Shown: positions 1-9,534, counted from the stretch's first letter. The stretch is DNA of 64,000 bases from Actinomycetota bacterium (GCA_037445775.1 JBBIJX010000002.1:6768-70767), one strand, 5' to 3'. Numbers and translations are program-made. The notes: generated from the sequence alone by a model not told the origin.

Positions 1-1103
1 TGGCTGTCGACGTTGCCGGAGTCTCGTACGAGGTGCTAATAGGCCCCGGACTCCTGGCCGAAGCCGGGAGGTTCGTCAAGGAAGCAAGCGGCGCGGCCGC
101 TGCTGGTCTGATCACCGACGAAGTGGTGGCGAACCACTATGGCATATCCGCCGATGCGTCACTGGCGCGCGCCGGGATGCGGGTCGTATCGCGCACCGTG
201 CCTGCCGGCGAACCCTCGAAGAGCTGGACCGTGGCTGGGCTCGTGCTCGAGGAGCTCGCGGCGGCGCGCCTCGACCGTACGGACGTCGTGGTCGCGCTCG
301 GCGGAGGCGTGGTGGGTGATCTGGCCGGATTCTGCGCCGGGGTGTACCTGCGCGGCATCTCGTTCGTGCAGGCGCCCACGACGCTGCTCGCGATGGTCGA
401 CTCGTCGGTGGGCGGCAAGACCGGTGTCGACCTGGCTGCCGGCAAGAACCTCGCGGGCGTGTTCAAGCAGCCGCTGCTCGTGATCGCGGACACGGACACG
501 CTGGCGACGGTGCCCGAGGTCGAGTGGCGCAGCGGGCTCGCGGAGGTCGCAAAGACTGCGGTGCTCTCAGGTGAGGAGTTCGTCGCGTGGATGGAGACGC
601 GCGCCGACGCTCTCACTGCGCGGGAGACCGAGGCGGTCTCCGAGGCGATCGAGCGGTGCGTGCGGTTCAAGGCCGGCGTCGTGGCCCGAGACGAGCGTGA
701 GGAAGGCCCGCGCGAGTGCTTGAACTACGGGCACACTCTCGGTCACGCGCTGGAGCGTACGCTCGGCTACGGGAGAGTGCCGCATGGCATCGCGGTCGCC
801 GAGGGGATGCGGTTCGCCGCCCGGGTCGCCATAGAGGTCGGGGAGGCAGACGCGGCGTTCGCCAAACGGCAGGACCGGCTGCTCGACGCGCTCGGGCTCG
901 ACGCGCTCGGGCTAGACGCGGCAGCGCCGGGTGCCCGTCCGGCGTTACTGCTCGACGCCATGAAGGGCGATAAGAAGGCGAGGAGCGGCACGGTGAGGAT
1001 GGTGCTCGCCACGGCGCCAGGCCAGTGGAGCTGCAAGCCGGTGGCGGATGCTACGATGCTCGCACACCTTGAGGCGTGGGCGCAGACGAAGCAGGGGGAG
1101 TGA
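1..1103 (+). CDS. aroB: 3-dehydroquinate synthase, 5' end outside window
   Basis: The frame is open from nt 3 ([18 protein letters not shown]...), so the track's GTG at 33 is internal. Motifs [22 protein letters not shown] and [11 protein letters not shown] are collinear with E. coli AroB. Confidence 0.92.
   Translation, partial: AVDVAGVSYEVLIGPGLLAEAGRFVKEASGAAAAGLITDEVVANHYGISADASLARAGMRVVSRTVPAGEPSKSWTVAGLVLEELAAARLDRTDVVVALGGGVVGDLAGFCAGVYLRGISFVQAPTTLLAMVDSSVGGKTGVDLAAGKNLAGVFKQPLLVIADTDTLATVPEVEWRSGLAEVAKTAVLSGEEFVAWMETRADALTARETEAVSEAIERCVRFKAGVVARDEREEGPRECLNYGHTLGHALERTLGYGRVPHGIAVAEGMRFAARVAIEVGEADAAFAKRQDRLLDALGLDALGLDAAAPGARPALLLDAMKGDKKARSGTVRMVLATAPGQWSCKPVADATMLAHLEAWAQTKQGE
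882..920 (+). repeat. In-frame 15-bp tandem repeat (ctcgacgcgctcggg x2 plus ctagacgcg) inside aroB, encoding [13 protein letters not shown]
   Basis: Read directly: units at 882-896 and 897-911 are identical. The third, partial unit at 912-920 has one mismatch. Confidence 0.9.
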
Positions 1104-1107
1104 TCGC

Positions 1108-1551
1108 ATGCGACGGGTGCTCGTCTTGAACGGTCCCAACCTGAACCTGCTCGGGACGCGCGAGCCCGACGTCTACGGGCGTGCGACGCTCGCCGACATC
1201 GAGGCGGCGATGGCCCAGCTCGCCGAAGAGCTGGGCGTGACGCTTGTGTTCACGCAGAGCAATCACGAAGGCGTGCTGATCGACGCGCTGCACGGCGCGC
1301 GAGGCACCTGTGAGGCGGTCGTGTTCAACCCCGGGGCGCTCACCCACACCTCCTTCGCTATCAGGGACGCGGTGGTGGCCGCACAACTTCCTGTGGTCGA
1401 GGTGCATCTCTCGAACGTCCACGCTCGTGAGGAGTTCCGTTCGCTGAGCGTGATAGCGCCCGTCTGCGCGGGAACGATCGCGGGCTTCGGCGTGACGAGC
1501 TACCTGCTGGGGCTAAGGGCGGCCGTGGGTGCAACCGGAGCGCCTGAGTGA
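1108..1551 (+). CDS. aroQ: Type II 3-dehydroquinate dehydratase
   Basis: [24 protein letters not shown]...[12 protein letters not shown] is the type II DHQase signature. ATG 1108 lies 5 nt after the aroB stop; the track's 1048 start overlaps aroB. Confidence 0.93.
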   Translation: MRRVLVLNGPNLNLLGTREPDVYGRATLADIEAAMAQLAEELGVTLVFTQSNHEGVLIDALHGARGTCEAVVFNPGALTHTSFAIRDAVVAAQLPVVEVHLSNVHAREEFRSLSVIAPVCAGTIAGFGVTSYLLGLRAAVGATGAPE

Positions 1552-2636
1552 ACGCCGAGCGCCGTCTCACACTCCTGAGGTCGCGCTTCGACGAGGAAAG
1601 CCCCGTCGCGTTCGTTTTCAGCGATCCGACCAACATCGCCTATCTCACGGGGTTCGAGGGGGTGTTCGACGGCGAAGATGCGCACGCGGCCGTCGTGACG
1701 CGAGAAGCTGCGTGGCTCTTCACCGACAGCAGGTACGGCGAGGCGCTGACGAATGCCGCCAAGGGTACCGAGTGGCACGTGCGCGTCGTGCGCGAGAACC
1801 TCTACATCACTATGTGTGGCGAGCTCACGGGGATGGGTGTCGACTCGATCGCTCTTGAGTCCTCGGCGCCGCACGGGCGTTTCAGGTTCGTCTCGCGCGA
1901 GTTCCAGGGCAACGTCGAGGCCGTCGATCAGATGGTTGAGGAGATGCGTCAGGTCAAGGAGTCCGATGAGATCGAGCGCATCACGCGGGCGCAGGAGTTC
2001 GCGGACGCCGCGTTCGAGCACGCGCTCGCAATCCTGAGGCCGGGCGTCAGTGAGCTCGATGCAGCGCTCGACATCGAGTTTTACATGCGGCGGGCCGGCA
2101 GTGACGGCGTCGCGTTCAGCCCGATCGTGGCGAGCGGTCCCAACTCCTCACTGCCGCACGCGCGAGCGTCGCATCGTGTGATCGAATCCGGCGACTTCGT
2201 GACGGTCGATCTGGGCGCGCGCGTTGGCGGTTACTGCAGCGACATGACCCGTACTGTGGTGGTGGGACAGGCGAGTGAGCGCCATCGCGAGATCTATGAG
2301 GTGGTGCGCGCTGCCAACGAGGCGGGGCTTTCGGCGGTCCGGCCTGGGCTGCAGGGAAGCTCCATCGACCGCGCGGCGCGTGCCGTCATCGAGGACGCGG
2401 GCTTCGGGGAGTACTTCGGGCATGGGCTCGGCCACGGAGTGGGCATGGACGTCCACGAGCTGCCGTCGATCAGCCCGCGGGGCACCAAGAGCGTGCGTGA
2501 GGGCGCGGTCATCACCATCGAGCCGGGCGTCTACGTGCCGGGTTTCGGCGGTGTTAGAATCGAGGATCTCGTGTGTGTGGGCGCCGACGGTGCGCAGGTG
2601 CTGTCGCGCTCGCCGAAGGACCTGATCGAGCTATAG
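1548..2636 (+). CDS. Xaa-Pro aminopeptidase/dipeptidase, M24B family
   Basis: Metal-ligand motifs [29 protein letters not shown] and TIEPGVY. The GTG start overlaps the aroQ stop. It occupies the same position as Bacillus yqhT/papA, between aroQ and efp. Confidence 0.88.
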   Translation: MNAERRLTLLRSRFDEESPVAFVFSDPTNIAYLTGFEGVFDGEDAHAAVVTREAAWLFTDSRYGEALTNAAKGTEWHVRVVRENLYITMCGELTGMGVDSIALESSAPHGRFRFVSREFQGNVEAVDQMVEEMRQVKESDEIERITRAQEFADAAFEHALAILRPGVSELDAALDIEFYMRRAGSDGVAFSPIVASGPNSSLPHARASHRVIESGDFVTVDLGARVGGYCSDMTRTVVVGQASERHREIYEVVRAANEAGLSAVRPGLQGSSIDRAARAVIEDAGFGEYFGHGLGHGVGMDVHELPSISPRGTKSVREGAVITIEPGVYVPGFGGVRIEDLVCVGADGAQVLSRSPKDLIEL

Positions 2637-2685
2637 AGACGTCAGCGCGCGCGGCGACGTGAAGCGCGACAGATGAGGAGCAGGC

Positions 2686-3246
2686 GTGCCAGTCACTACC
2701 GCGCAGTTCAAGAACGGCATGTGCATCGTCCACGAGGGCAAGCGCTGGGTTATCGTCGAGTTCCAGCACGTCAAGCCCGGCAAGGGCGGCGCGTTCGTTC
2801 GCACGAAGCTCAAGGAGCTCGAGAGCGGGCGTGTCGTGGACTACACCTTCCGCGCCGGCGAGAAGTTCGATGATGTGCGGGTCGAGACCAAGAAGATGCA
2901 GTACCTCTACAACGACGGTACGTCCTTTCACTTCATGGACAACGCTACCTACGAGCAGATCGAGCTCGACTCGGACTTCGTGGGTGATGCGGCGAAGTGG
3001 CTCAAGGAGAGCGACGAGGTCGAGGTGCTCACCGCTGACGGCGAGTACATGGGTGTCGAGGCGCCCATGTTCGTCGAGCTCGACGTCGTCGAGACCGACC
3101 CGGGCTTCAAGGGCGACACGGTGCAGGGCGGGACGAAGCCTGCCACGCTCGAGACCGGCGCCGTCGTTCAGGTCCCGATGTTTGTGAACGTGGGCGACAA
3201 GCTCAAGGTCGACACGCGCGACGGGCGCTACATCACGCGCGTCTGA
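2686..3246 (+). CDS. efp: Translation elongation factor P
   Basis: 186 aa. FQHVKPGKGGAFVRTKLK carries the conserved loop lysine. GAGGAG lies 5 nt upstream of the GTG. Confidence 0.95.
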   Translation: MPVTTAQFKNGMCIVHEGKRWVIVEFQHVKPGKGGAFVRTKLKELESGRVVDYTFRAGEKFDDVRVETKKMQYLYNDGTSFHFMDNATYEQIELDSDFVGDAAKWLKESDEVEVLTADGEYMGVEAPMFVELDVVETDPGFKGDTVQGGTKPATLETGAVVQVPMFVNVGDKLKVDTRDGRYITRV

Positions 3247-3278
3247 GAGCGGGTCGCCGCATGCTGCGCGGCGTCGTA

Positions 3279-3284
3279 TATAAT
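3279..3284 (+). promoter_or_regulatory. Candidate -10 hexamer (perfect TATAAT) in the efp/carboxylase spacer
   Basis: A perfect TATAAT sits in an otherwise GC-rich spacer, about 70 nt before ATG 3352. I found no convincing -35. Confidence 0.3.
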
Positions 3285-3351
3285 CTTCGGACTACGCCGC
3301 GCGCCGGTGCGCGCTGGGGCAGTTCGCCCGCACCACATGAGGGAGTCGCCG

Positions 3352-5205
3352 ATGCGACCTGTGCATGTCATGGATACGACGCTTCGGGACGCGCACCAGT
3401 CCCTGTGGGCGACGCGCATGGAGATCGGCGACATGCTGCCGATCCTGCACAAGATGGACGCCGTTGGCTACTGGTCGCTCGAGGTCTGGGGCGGTGCCAC
3501 GTTCGACGCGTCACTGAGGTTCCTTGACGAGAACCCGTGGGACCGGCTGCGCATCATCAAGCAGCACTGTCCGAAGACGCCGCTGCAGATGTTGCTTCGC
3601 GGGCAGAACCTCGTGGGCTACCGGCACTACTCCGACGAGATCGTCGAGCGCTTCGTCCACGCGTCCAAGCGAAACGGCATCGACGTCTTCAGGGTCTTCG
3701 ACGCCCTGAACGACATCCGCAACGTCGAGGTCGCCGGGCGCGCCGTCAAGGAAGCTGGCGGTCTGTTCGAAGGCGCGATCAGCTACACGATCTCCCCCGT
3801 ACACACGCTTGACGCCTACATCGAATTCGCGCAGCAGCTCAAGGAGATCGGCGCGGATACGATCGCGATCAAGGATATGGCCGGAATGCTCACGCCGTAC
3901 CGGACCGAACGCATGGTCCGTGCGCTCATCGACGAGGTCGGACTTCCGGTTCACGTGCACTGCCACTACATCGGCGGCATGGCGCCGATGAACTACCTGA
4001 AAGCCGCTGAAGCCGGTGCCGATATCATCGACACCGCAGTGGTCGCGCTCGCTTTCGGCAACAGCCAGCCGGCCGTCGAGATGATCGTGGCGGCTCTCAA
4101 GGAGAGCCCCTACGACACCGGGCTCGATCTCGACCTGCTTTTCGAGATCGCGGAGTTCTGGGAGGACGTGCGCGCCAAGAAGGGCCTGAAGCGAGGCATC
4201 ACGACGCTGCTCTCGATGGAGGTCTTCAGCCATCAAGTGCCCGGCGGCATGATGTCGAATCTCGTGAGCCAGCTCGAGCAGCAAAAGGCGAGCGACCGGT
4301 TGCCCGATGTCCTGCGCGAGATCCCGCGCGTGCGCGCTGAGGTCGGCTTCCCTCCGCTGGTGACGCCGCTCTCGCAGATCGTCGGCACGCAGGCGGTCAT
4401 CAACGTGCTCACCGGGAAGCGATGGGCGATCGTGCCTCAAGAGATGAAGGACTACATCAAGGGGCTCTACGGCAAGGCACCCGGGCAGATGGACCCCGAG
4501 GTCGTCGCGAAGGTGCTCGCGGGTGACGAGCCGCTCGACCCCGACGTGCGACCGGGCTCACTGGCCCGTGGGAGCTACGCCGAGGCCGAGGCGGAGATCG
4601 GCGGGCTCGCCCGGAGCGAGGAAGACGTGCTCATGTACGCGCTCTTCCCGAACGAGGCAAGAACTTACCTGACCGCTCATCAAGAAGGCGCCGCCGAGAA
4701 CGTCTTCCTCATGAGTGGTGACATCAGAACCGTCAGAGAGGGTGACCAGGTGGACGTCAACCAGATCCGCGAGCTCATCAAGGTCCTCGAAGAGTCCGAT
4801 GTCGCTGAGGTCGTGATCGAAGAGGGCGACTCGAAGGTCTCTATTCGCAAGGCCGGCGCGGTTGCCGCACAGCCGCAAGCTGTGACTGCCGCAACACCCG
4901 TCGCCGCACCATCGCCTGCCGCCGAAGCCGTGCCTACGACGGGAGAGGCCGATCGGCCGGTTACGTGGAAGACGGTCGTCGCGCCCATGGTCGGGACGTT
5001 CTATGAGTCGCCGTCGCCGAGTTCGCCTGCGTTCGTCGCAGTGGGCGATACCGTTGTCGAGGGCCAAGCGCTCTGCATCGTCGAGGCGATGAAGCTCATG
5101 AACGAGATCACCGCCGAGGAGCCGGGCGTCATCCGCGAGGTGGCCGTCGCCAACGGCGACCCCGTAGAGTACGGTACCGTGCTCTTCTACTACGAGCCGG
5201 CGTAG
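3352..5205 (+). CDS. Biotin-dependent carboxyltransferase (PycB/OadA/5S type) fused to a full-length AccB-type biotin carboxyl carrier protein
   Basis: N-terminus: MDTTLRDAHQS, LRGQNLVGYRHY, and the HVHCH metal site. From about nt 4750 the sequence VDVNQIRELIKVLEESDVAEVVIEEGDSKVSIRKAG, an Ala/Pro linker and APMVGTFY...CIVEAMKLMNEI follow. GGGAG lies 6 nt before ATG 3352; the track's 3307 start is less likely. Confidence 0.88.
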   Translation: MRPVHVMDTTLRDAHQSLWATRMEIGDMLPILHKMDAVGYWSLEVWGGATFDASLRFLDENPWDRLRIIKQHCPKTPLQMLLRGQNLVGYRHYSDEIVERFVHASKRNGIDVFRVFDALNDIRNVEVAGRAVKEAGGLFEGAISYTISPVHTLDAYIEFAQQLKEIGADTIAIKDMAGMLTPYRTERMVRALIDEVGLPVHVHCHYIGGMAPMNYLKAAEAGADIIDTAVVALAFGNSQPAVEMIVAALKESPYDTGLDLDLLFEIAEFWEDVRAKKGLKRGITTLLSMEVFSHQVPGGMMSNLVSQLEQQKASDRLPDVLREIPRVRAEVGFPPLVTPLSQIVGTQAVINVLTGKRWAIVPQEMKDYIKGLYGKAPGQMDPEVVAKVLAGDEPLDPDVRPGSLARGSYAEAEAEIGGLARSEEDVLMYALFPNEARTYLTAHQEGAAENVFLMSGDIRTVREGDQVDVNQIRELIKVLEESDVAEVVIEEGDSKVSIRKAGAVAAQPQAVTAATPVAAPSPAAEAVPTTGEADRPVTWKTVVAPMVGTFYESPSPSSPAFVAVGDTVVEGQALCIVEAMKLMNEITAEEPGVIREVAVANGDPVEYGTVLFYYEPA

Positions 5206-5214
5206 GGCGCGGAC

Positions 5215-6564
5215 GTGTTCGAGCGTATCCTGATCGCCAACCGGGGCGAGATCGCCCTGAGGATCATCCGCGCAGCTCGGGAGATGGGGATAGAGACCGT
5301 TTCCGTGTACAGCGAGGCTGATCGCGACAGCTTGCCCGCACGGATGGCGGACCTGTCGGTCTGCATCGGCCCGGCGCAATCCACGCAGTCTTACCTGAAC
5401 ATGGCCAACATCATATCGGCGGCTTTGACCAACGGGTGCCAAGCCATCCATCCCGGATACGGCTTCCTCGCAGAGAACGCTGCGTTCGCCCGGGCATGCG
5501 TGGACTCCGGGCTCGTGTTCATCGGGCCGGGCGCCGAGGCCATCGAGCGCATGGGTGACAAGGCCCAGGCGCGGCAGACCGCCATGGCCGTCGGCGTGCC
5601 TTGCGTCCCTGGCTCGGACGGCGCGGTCGAGCGCGTCGAGGACGCTCTCGCCTTCGCCGAGCGCGTGGGCTATCCGGTGCTGATCAAAGCGAGCGCCGGC
5701 GGCGGCGGCAAGGGTATGCGCGTGGTGCGCGACTCCGGCGAGCTCGAGGCGAACTTCACCGCCGCCAAGACCGAGGCGGCCGCGGCGTTCGGCAACGACG
5801 TCGTCTATCTCGAGAAGTACCTTGCCCGGCCGCGGCACGTTGAGATCCAGGTACTTGCGGACACGCACGGCAACGCGGTCTACCTCTTCGAGCGCGACTG
5901 CTCGATCCAGCGCCGGCATCAGAAACTCGTCGAAGAGGCGCCGAGCCCCGCGCTCGACCCCGAGACGCGGGCGGCGATGGGCGAAGCGGCCATCATGCTC
6001 GTGCGAGCCGTCGACTACGTGAACGCCGGCACGATCGAGTTCCTCTACGACGTGGACGGCAACTTCTACTTCATGGAGATGAACACACGTGTCCAGGTGG
6101 AGCATCCTGTGACCGAACAGATCACCGGCGTAGATATCATCAAGGAACAGATCCGCATCGCAGCGGGGTTGCCGATGAAGCACGCGCGCCAAGAGGACTT
6201 GGGCTTGAGGGGTCACGCTATCGAGTTTCGCATCAACGCCGAGGACCCGGAGCATGACTTTCGTCCGCATCCAGGTGTCGTGAACGTGTTCAATCCTCCG
6301 GGCGGTTTCGGGGTACGTGTCGACAGTCACGTGTATTCGGGCTATCGCGTCCCGCCGACGTATGACTCGCTGCTCGGGAAGCTGATCGTCTGGGGCGAGA
6401 CGCGCGACGAGGCCATCGCGCGCGCACGCCGTGCGCTCGACGAGTTCATCGTGACGGGGATCCCGACGACGATCCCGTTCCATCTCCGCGTGCTCGAGGT
6501 GCCCGCGTTCACGCGTGGTGAGGTCTATACTGACTTCATCGAGACCGAGATGCACGCGGGGTAG
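5215..6564 (+). CDS. accC: Biotin carboxylase (AccC / PycA type)
   Basis: 449 aa. ILIANRGEIALRIIRA, the ATP-grasp segment KASAGGGGKGMR, and MEMNTRVQVEHPVTE. Confidence 0.93.
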   Translation: MFERILIANRGEIALRIIRAAREMGIETVSVYSEADRDSLPARMADLSVCIGPAQSTQSYLNMANIISAALTNGCQAIHPGYGFLAENAAFARACVDSGLVFIGPGAEAIERMGDKAQARQTAMAVGVPCVPGSDGAVERVEDALAFAERVGYPVLIKASAGGGGKGMRVVRDSGELEANFTAAKTEAAAAFGNDVVYLEKYLARPRHVEIQVLADTHGNAVYLFERDCSIQRRHQKLVEEAPSPALDPETRAAMGEAAIMLVRAVDYVNAGTIEFLYDVDGNFYFMEMNTRVQVEHPVTEQITGVDIIKEQIRIAAGLPMKHARQEDLGLRGHAIEFRINAEDPEHDFRPHPGVVNVFNPPGGFGVRVDSHVYSGYRVPPTYDSLLGKLIVWGETRDEAIARARRALDEFIVTGIPTTIPFHLRVLEVPAFTRGEVYTDFIETEMHAG

Positions 6565-6582
6565 GTCAGGGTAGGAGAGCTG

Positions 6583-6933
6583 ATGTCTGACGAGATTCGA
6601 CTCGAGGGGCTTGGCGTTGCGCCGGCGGTCCTCGACACCATCGTGACCGTCGCGACCGAGGCAGTGGAGGGAGTGGCCTCCGTGGGCGCGCCGGGAATCG
6701 CTGGACTCGTGCAAAAAGGGGCGCGTAAGGGCGCCGCGCGTGCTGTCGACGTGAGCGTGTCAGACGACGGCAGCCTCAAGGTCAGCGTGCACGTCCAAGT
6801 GGTCTACGGTCAGCGGCTGCATGAGGTCGGCGCGGCCATCCAGGCGGCGGTGTCGGAGGCGCTGACGAGTCAGGTAGGCGTGCCGGTGACGGCCGTCGAC
6901 GTGTTTGTCGACGGACTGGTATTCACCGAGTAG
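6583..6933 (+). CDS. Asp23/Gls24-family alkaline shock protein
   Basis: 116 aa, Val/Ala-rich. It sits between accC and nusB like Bacillus yqhY. AGGAG lies upstream of the ATG. Confidence 0.75.
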   Translation: MSDEIRLEGLGVAPAVLDTIVTVATEAVEGVASVGAPGIAGLVQKGARKGAARAVDVSVSDDGSLKVSVHVQVVYGQRLHEVGAAIQAAVSEALTSQVGVPVTAVDVFVDGLVFTE

Positions 6934-6936
6934 GCG

Positions 6937-7365
6937 ATGACGCGACCCGAGCGCCACAGGGCGCGCGTGCAGGCGCTTCAGCTGCTGTACCAGCGTGAAG
7001 TCACTGGAGTGAGCGTCTCTCGCATTCTGAGCGAGGGTGGCTACTCTACCGAGGACGGGCAACCGAGTGAGTTCTGCAGGGAGCTTGCGCTCGGCGTGGA
7101 GCAGCGGATCGAGGAGATCGACTCCGTTGTCGGGGATACCTCGGAACACTGGACCGTGATGCGGATGCCGTTCGTGGACCGTAACATACTCCGCATCGCG
7201 ACCTACGAGTTGCTCCACGAACCCGATGTGCCACCGAGCGTCGCCATCAACGAGGCGGTCGAGCTGGCGAAGGTCTACGGCGGAGACGACTCGTCGAAGT
7301 TCGTGAACGGTGTCTTGGGCAAGATCGCCGAGCGGTATCGTTCGACAGGAGGCTCGGATGGCTGA
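6937..7365 (+). CDS. nusB: Transcription antitermination factor NusB
   Basis: 142 aa. RARVQALQLLYQ, AINEAVELAK and FVNGVLG. Confidence 0.92.
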   Translation: MTRPERHRARVQALQLLYQREVTGVSVSRILSEGGYSTEDGQPSEFCRELALGVEQRIEEIDSVVGDTSEHWTVMRMPFVDRNILRIATYELLHEPDVPPSVAINEAVELAKVYGGDDSSKFVNGVLGKIAERYRSTGGSDG

Positions 7366-7609
7366 CGAGACCGGAAGCTTCGCCGCGACACGCGCACGGC
7401 TTGACGACATCGTCGCGCAGGTACGCAAGAAGGACACCTCGCTCGAGGCCAGTCTGGACCTGCTCGAGGAGGGCGTAAGGCTCGCCAATCAATGCACCGA
7501 CCTCATCGATCGAGCCGACTGGGACGCGGGCGAGACGGTCGTGGCCGAGGCCGGGACGGACGACGCTGATGCCACGCCTGAGGCGGATGCGCCGGAAGCA
7601 GGAGACTGA
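7358..7609 (+). CDS. xseB: Exodeoxyribonuclease VII small subunit
   Basis: 83 aa. The pattern FAATRARLDDIVAQV...SLEASLDLLEEGVRLANQC matches XseB. AGGAGG lies upstream of ATG 7358. The gene overlaps the nusB end by 8 nt. Confidence 0.82.
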   Translation: MADETGSFAATRARLDDIVAQVRKKDTSLEASLDLLEEGVRLANQCTDLIDRADWDAGETVVAEAGTDDADATPEADAPEAGD

Positions 7610-7616
7610 AGCGCGC

Positions 7617-9527
7617 GTGGACGGCGAGCGCATACTCGACGCGATCGAGGCGCCATGCGACGTTCGTGAGCTGCGCCCGGAGCAACTCGAGCAGCTTGCC
7701 GCCGAGCTTCGTTTGGAGCTCATCGAGACCGTCGCGAAGACCGGCGGACACCTCGCGCCGAACCTCGGGGTCGTCGAGCTGACGCTGGGGATCCATCGCG
7801 CGCTGGACTGCCCGAAGGATCGCGTGCTGTTCGACGTCGGGCACCAGAGCTACGTCCACAAGCTGCTGACGGGCCGTCGTGCGGAGTTTTCCACGCTCCG
7901 GCAGTACGGGGGCTTGTGCGGCTTCCCGAAGCGCGCCGAGTCGCCGTTCGATTCGTTTGACGCGGGGCATGCGTCTGACTCTCTGTCGGTGGCCCTCGGC
8001 ATGTCCCTCGCGCGCGACGCGCGCGGAGGTGACGAGACGGTGCTCGTGGTGATCGGCGACGGTTCGATGACCGGGGGTATGGCGTTCGAGGCGCTGAACC
8101 ACATCGGTCACCTAGGTGCTCGGCTCGTGATCGTCCTGAACGACAACGAGATGTCGATCTCTGAGAACGTTGGCGCGCTCGCGAGCTACCTGGCCCGCGT
8201 GCGGCTCGACGAGCGCTACGTTCGCCTGCGCGACGGCGTCGAGTCGCGGCTTGCGACGCATCCCCTCGGCAAGGCGATGGTCGACGCGGGCGAGGCCGTC
8301 AAGGAGTCGGTCAAGCAGCTCCTCGTGCCGGGCATGCTCTTCGAGGAGCTCGGCCTCAAGTACGTCGGACCCATAGACGGACATGATATCGCCCAAGTGG
8401 AGAGCGCGGTTCGTGTTGCCGCGAAGGCCGATGGCCCGGTGATCGTACACGCGGCCACACGCAAGGGCGCCGGCTACGAGTACGCTGAGGAGCAACCCGA
8501 CGCCTTCCACGGTATCGGACCGTTCTCGGTCTGTACCGGCGAAGTGAACGGCAGTGCGGGAGCGATGAGCTACACAGAGGCGTTCGGACGTTCGCTCGTG
8601 CGCGAGGCGGAGCGCAACGACTCGATCGTCGCCATCACCGCGGCGATGACCGCCGGGACGGGTCTCGACCGCTTCGCCGACCGCTTCGCCGACCGCTTCT
8701 TCGACGTCGGGATCGCCGAGGAGCACGCGGTGGGACTCGCCGCAGGTCTCGCACTCGGGGGCAGGACTCCCGTGGTCGCCATCTACTCCACATTCCTGCA
8801 GCGCGCCTACGACCAGCTCATGATGGACGTCGCACTGCAGGGGCTGCACGTGGTCTTCTGCCTCGACCGCGCCGGCGTGGTGGGGGAGGACGGTCCTACG
8901 CACCATGGCGTGTTCGATCTGACGTACCTGCGCTCGATACCTTCGATGTCGATCATCGCACCGGCGAACGAGCACGAACTGGCTGACGCGCTTCACACGG
9001 CGCTCGCACTCGAAGGGCCAGTCGCGATCCGCTACCCGCGGGGCTCCGGCACAGGCGTCGGCCTGCCGGACGAGCCTGTGCGCTGGCCGGTTGGCGTCGC
9101 GGAGGTTCGCCGCCGGGGCGCGCAAGTGGCGTTCCTCGCGGTAGGACGTATGGTGGGCGTGGCAGAAGGCGCGGCCGATGCACTGGAGCGTAAGGGAATC
9201 TCAGCGACACTGGTGAACGCGCGCTGGATCAAGCCGCTCGACCGCGACGTCATCACCGCTTGCGCCCTTGAGCATCGCCTCATCGTCACCGTCGAGGAGA
9301 ACACCGAGTGCGGGGGGTTCGGCGCGGCCGTGCTCGAGCTCCTAGCGGACGAGCGCATCCGTGTCGAGGTGCTCAGGTTCGCGGTGCCGGACTGCTTCGT
9401 GCAGCACGGGCCGATCCCTGTGCTGCTCGACGAGGTGGGTCTGAGTTGCGAGCACATAGCGCGTACGGTCATGGAGCGCCTCGAGTCCGGCGCGGGCGAG
9501 GGCGACCGCTTCGACACCGGAGCGTGA
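7617..9527 (+). CDS. dxs: 1-deoxy-D-xylulose-5-phosphate synthase
   Basis: GGHLAPNLGVVELT, GDGSMTGGMAFEALN, DVGIAEEHAV. The start is uncertain: GTG 7617 best matches Dxs N-termini, while ATG 7569 and 7587 would overlap xseB. Confidence 0.92.
   Translation: MDGERILDAIEAPCDVRELRPEQLEQLAAELRLELIETVAKTGGHLAPNLGVVELTLGIHRALDCPKDRVLFDVGHQSYVHKLLTGRRAEFSTLRQYGGLCGFPKRAESPFDSFDAGHASDSLSVALGMSLARDARGGDETVLVVIGDGSMTGGMAFEALNHIGHLGARLVIVLNDNEMSISENVGALASYLARVRLDERYVRLRDGVESRLATHPLGKAMVDAGEAVKESVKQLLVPGMLFEELGLKYVGPIDGHDIAQVESAVRVAAKADGPVIVHAATRKGAGYEYAEEQPDAFHGIGPFSVCTGEVNGSAGAMSYTEAFGRSLVREAERNDSIVAITAAMTAGTGLDRFADRFADRFFDVGIAEEHAVGLAAGLALGGRTPVVAIYSTFLQRAYDQLMMDVALQGLHVVFCLDRAGVVGEDGPTHHGVFDLTYLRSIPSMSIIAPANEHELADALHTALALEGPVAIRYPRGSGTGVGLPDEPVRWPVGVAEVRRRGAQVAFLAVGRMVGVAEGAADALERKGISATLVNARWIKPLDRDVITACALEHRLIVTVEENTECGGFGAAVLELLADERIRVEVLRFAVPDCFVQHGPIPVLLDEVGLSCEHIARTVMERLESGAGEGDRFDTGA
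8667..8699 (+). repeat. In-frame 12-bp tandem repeat (gaccgcttcgcc x2 plus gaccgcttc) inside dxs, encoding DRFA-DRFA-DRF
   Basis: Read directly, immediately upstream of the conserved FDVGIAEEHAV block. Confidence 0.9.
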
Positions 9528-9534
9528 CGCGGCC

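Noticed and set aside
4558-6714. A 718-aa ORF on the - strand spanning the carboxyltransferase/accC genes
   Set aside because: It is antisense to two + strand genes with unmistakable conserved motifs. Its translation is Arg/His/Asp/Gly-rich low-complexity sequence typical of stop-poor shadow frames in GC-rich DNA.
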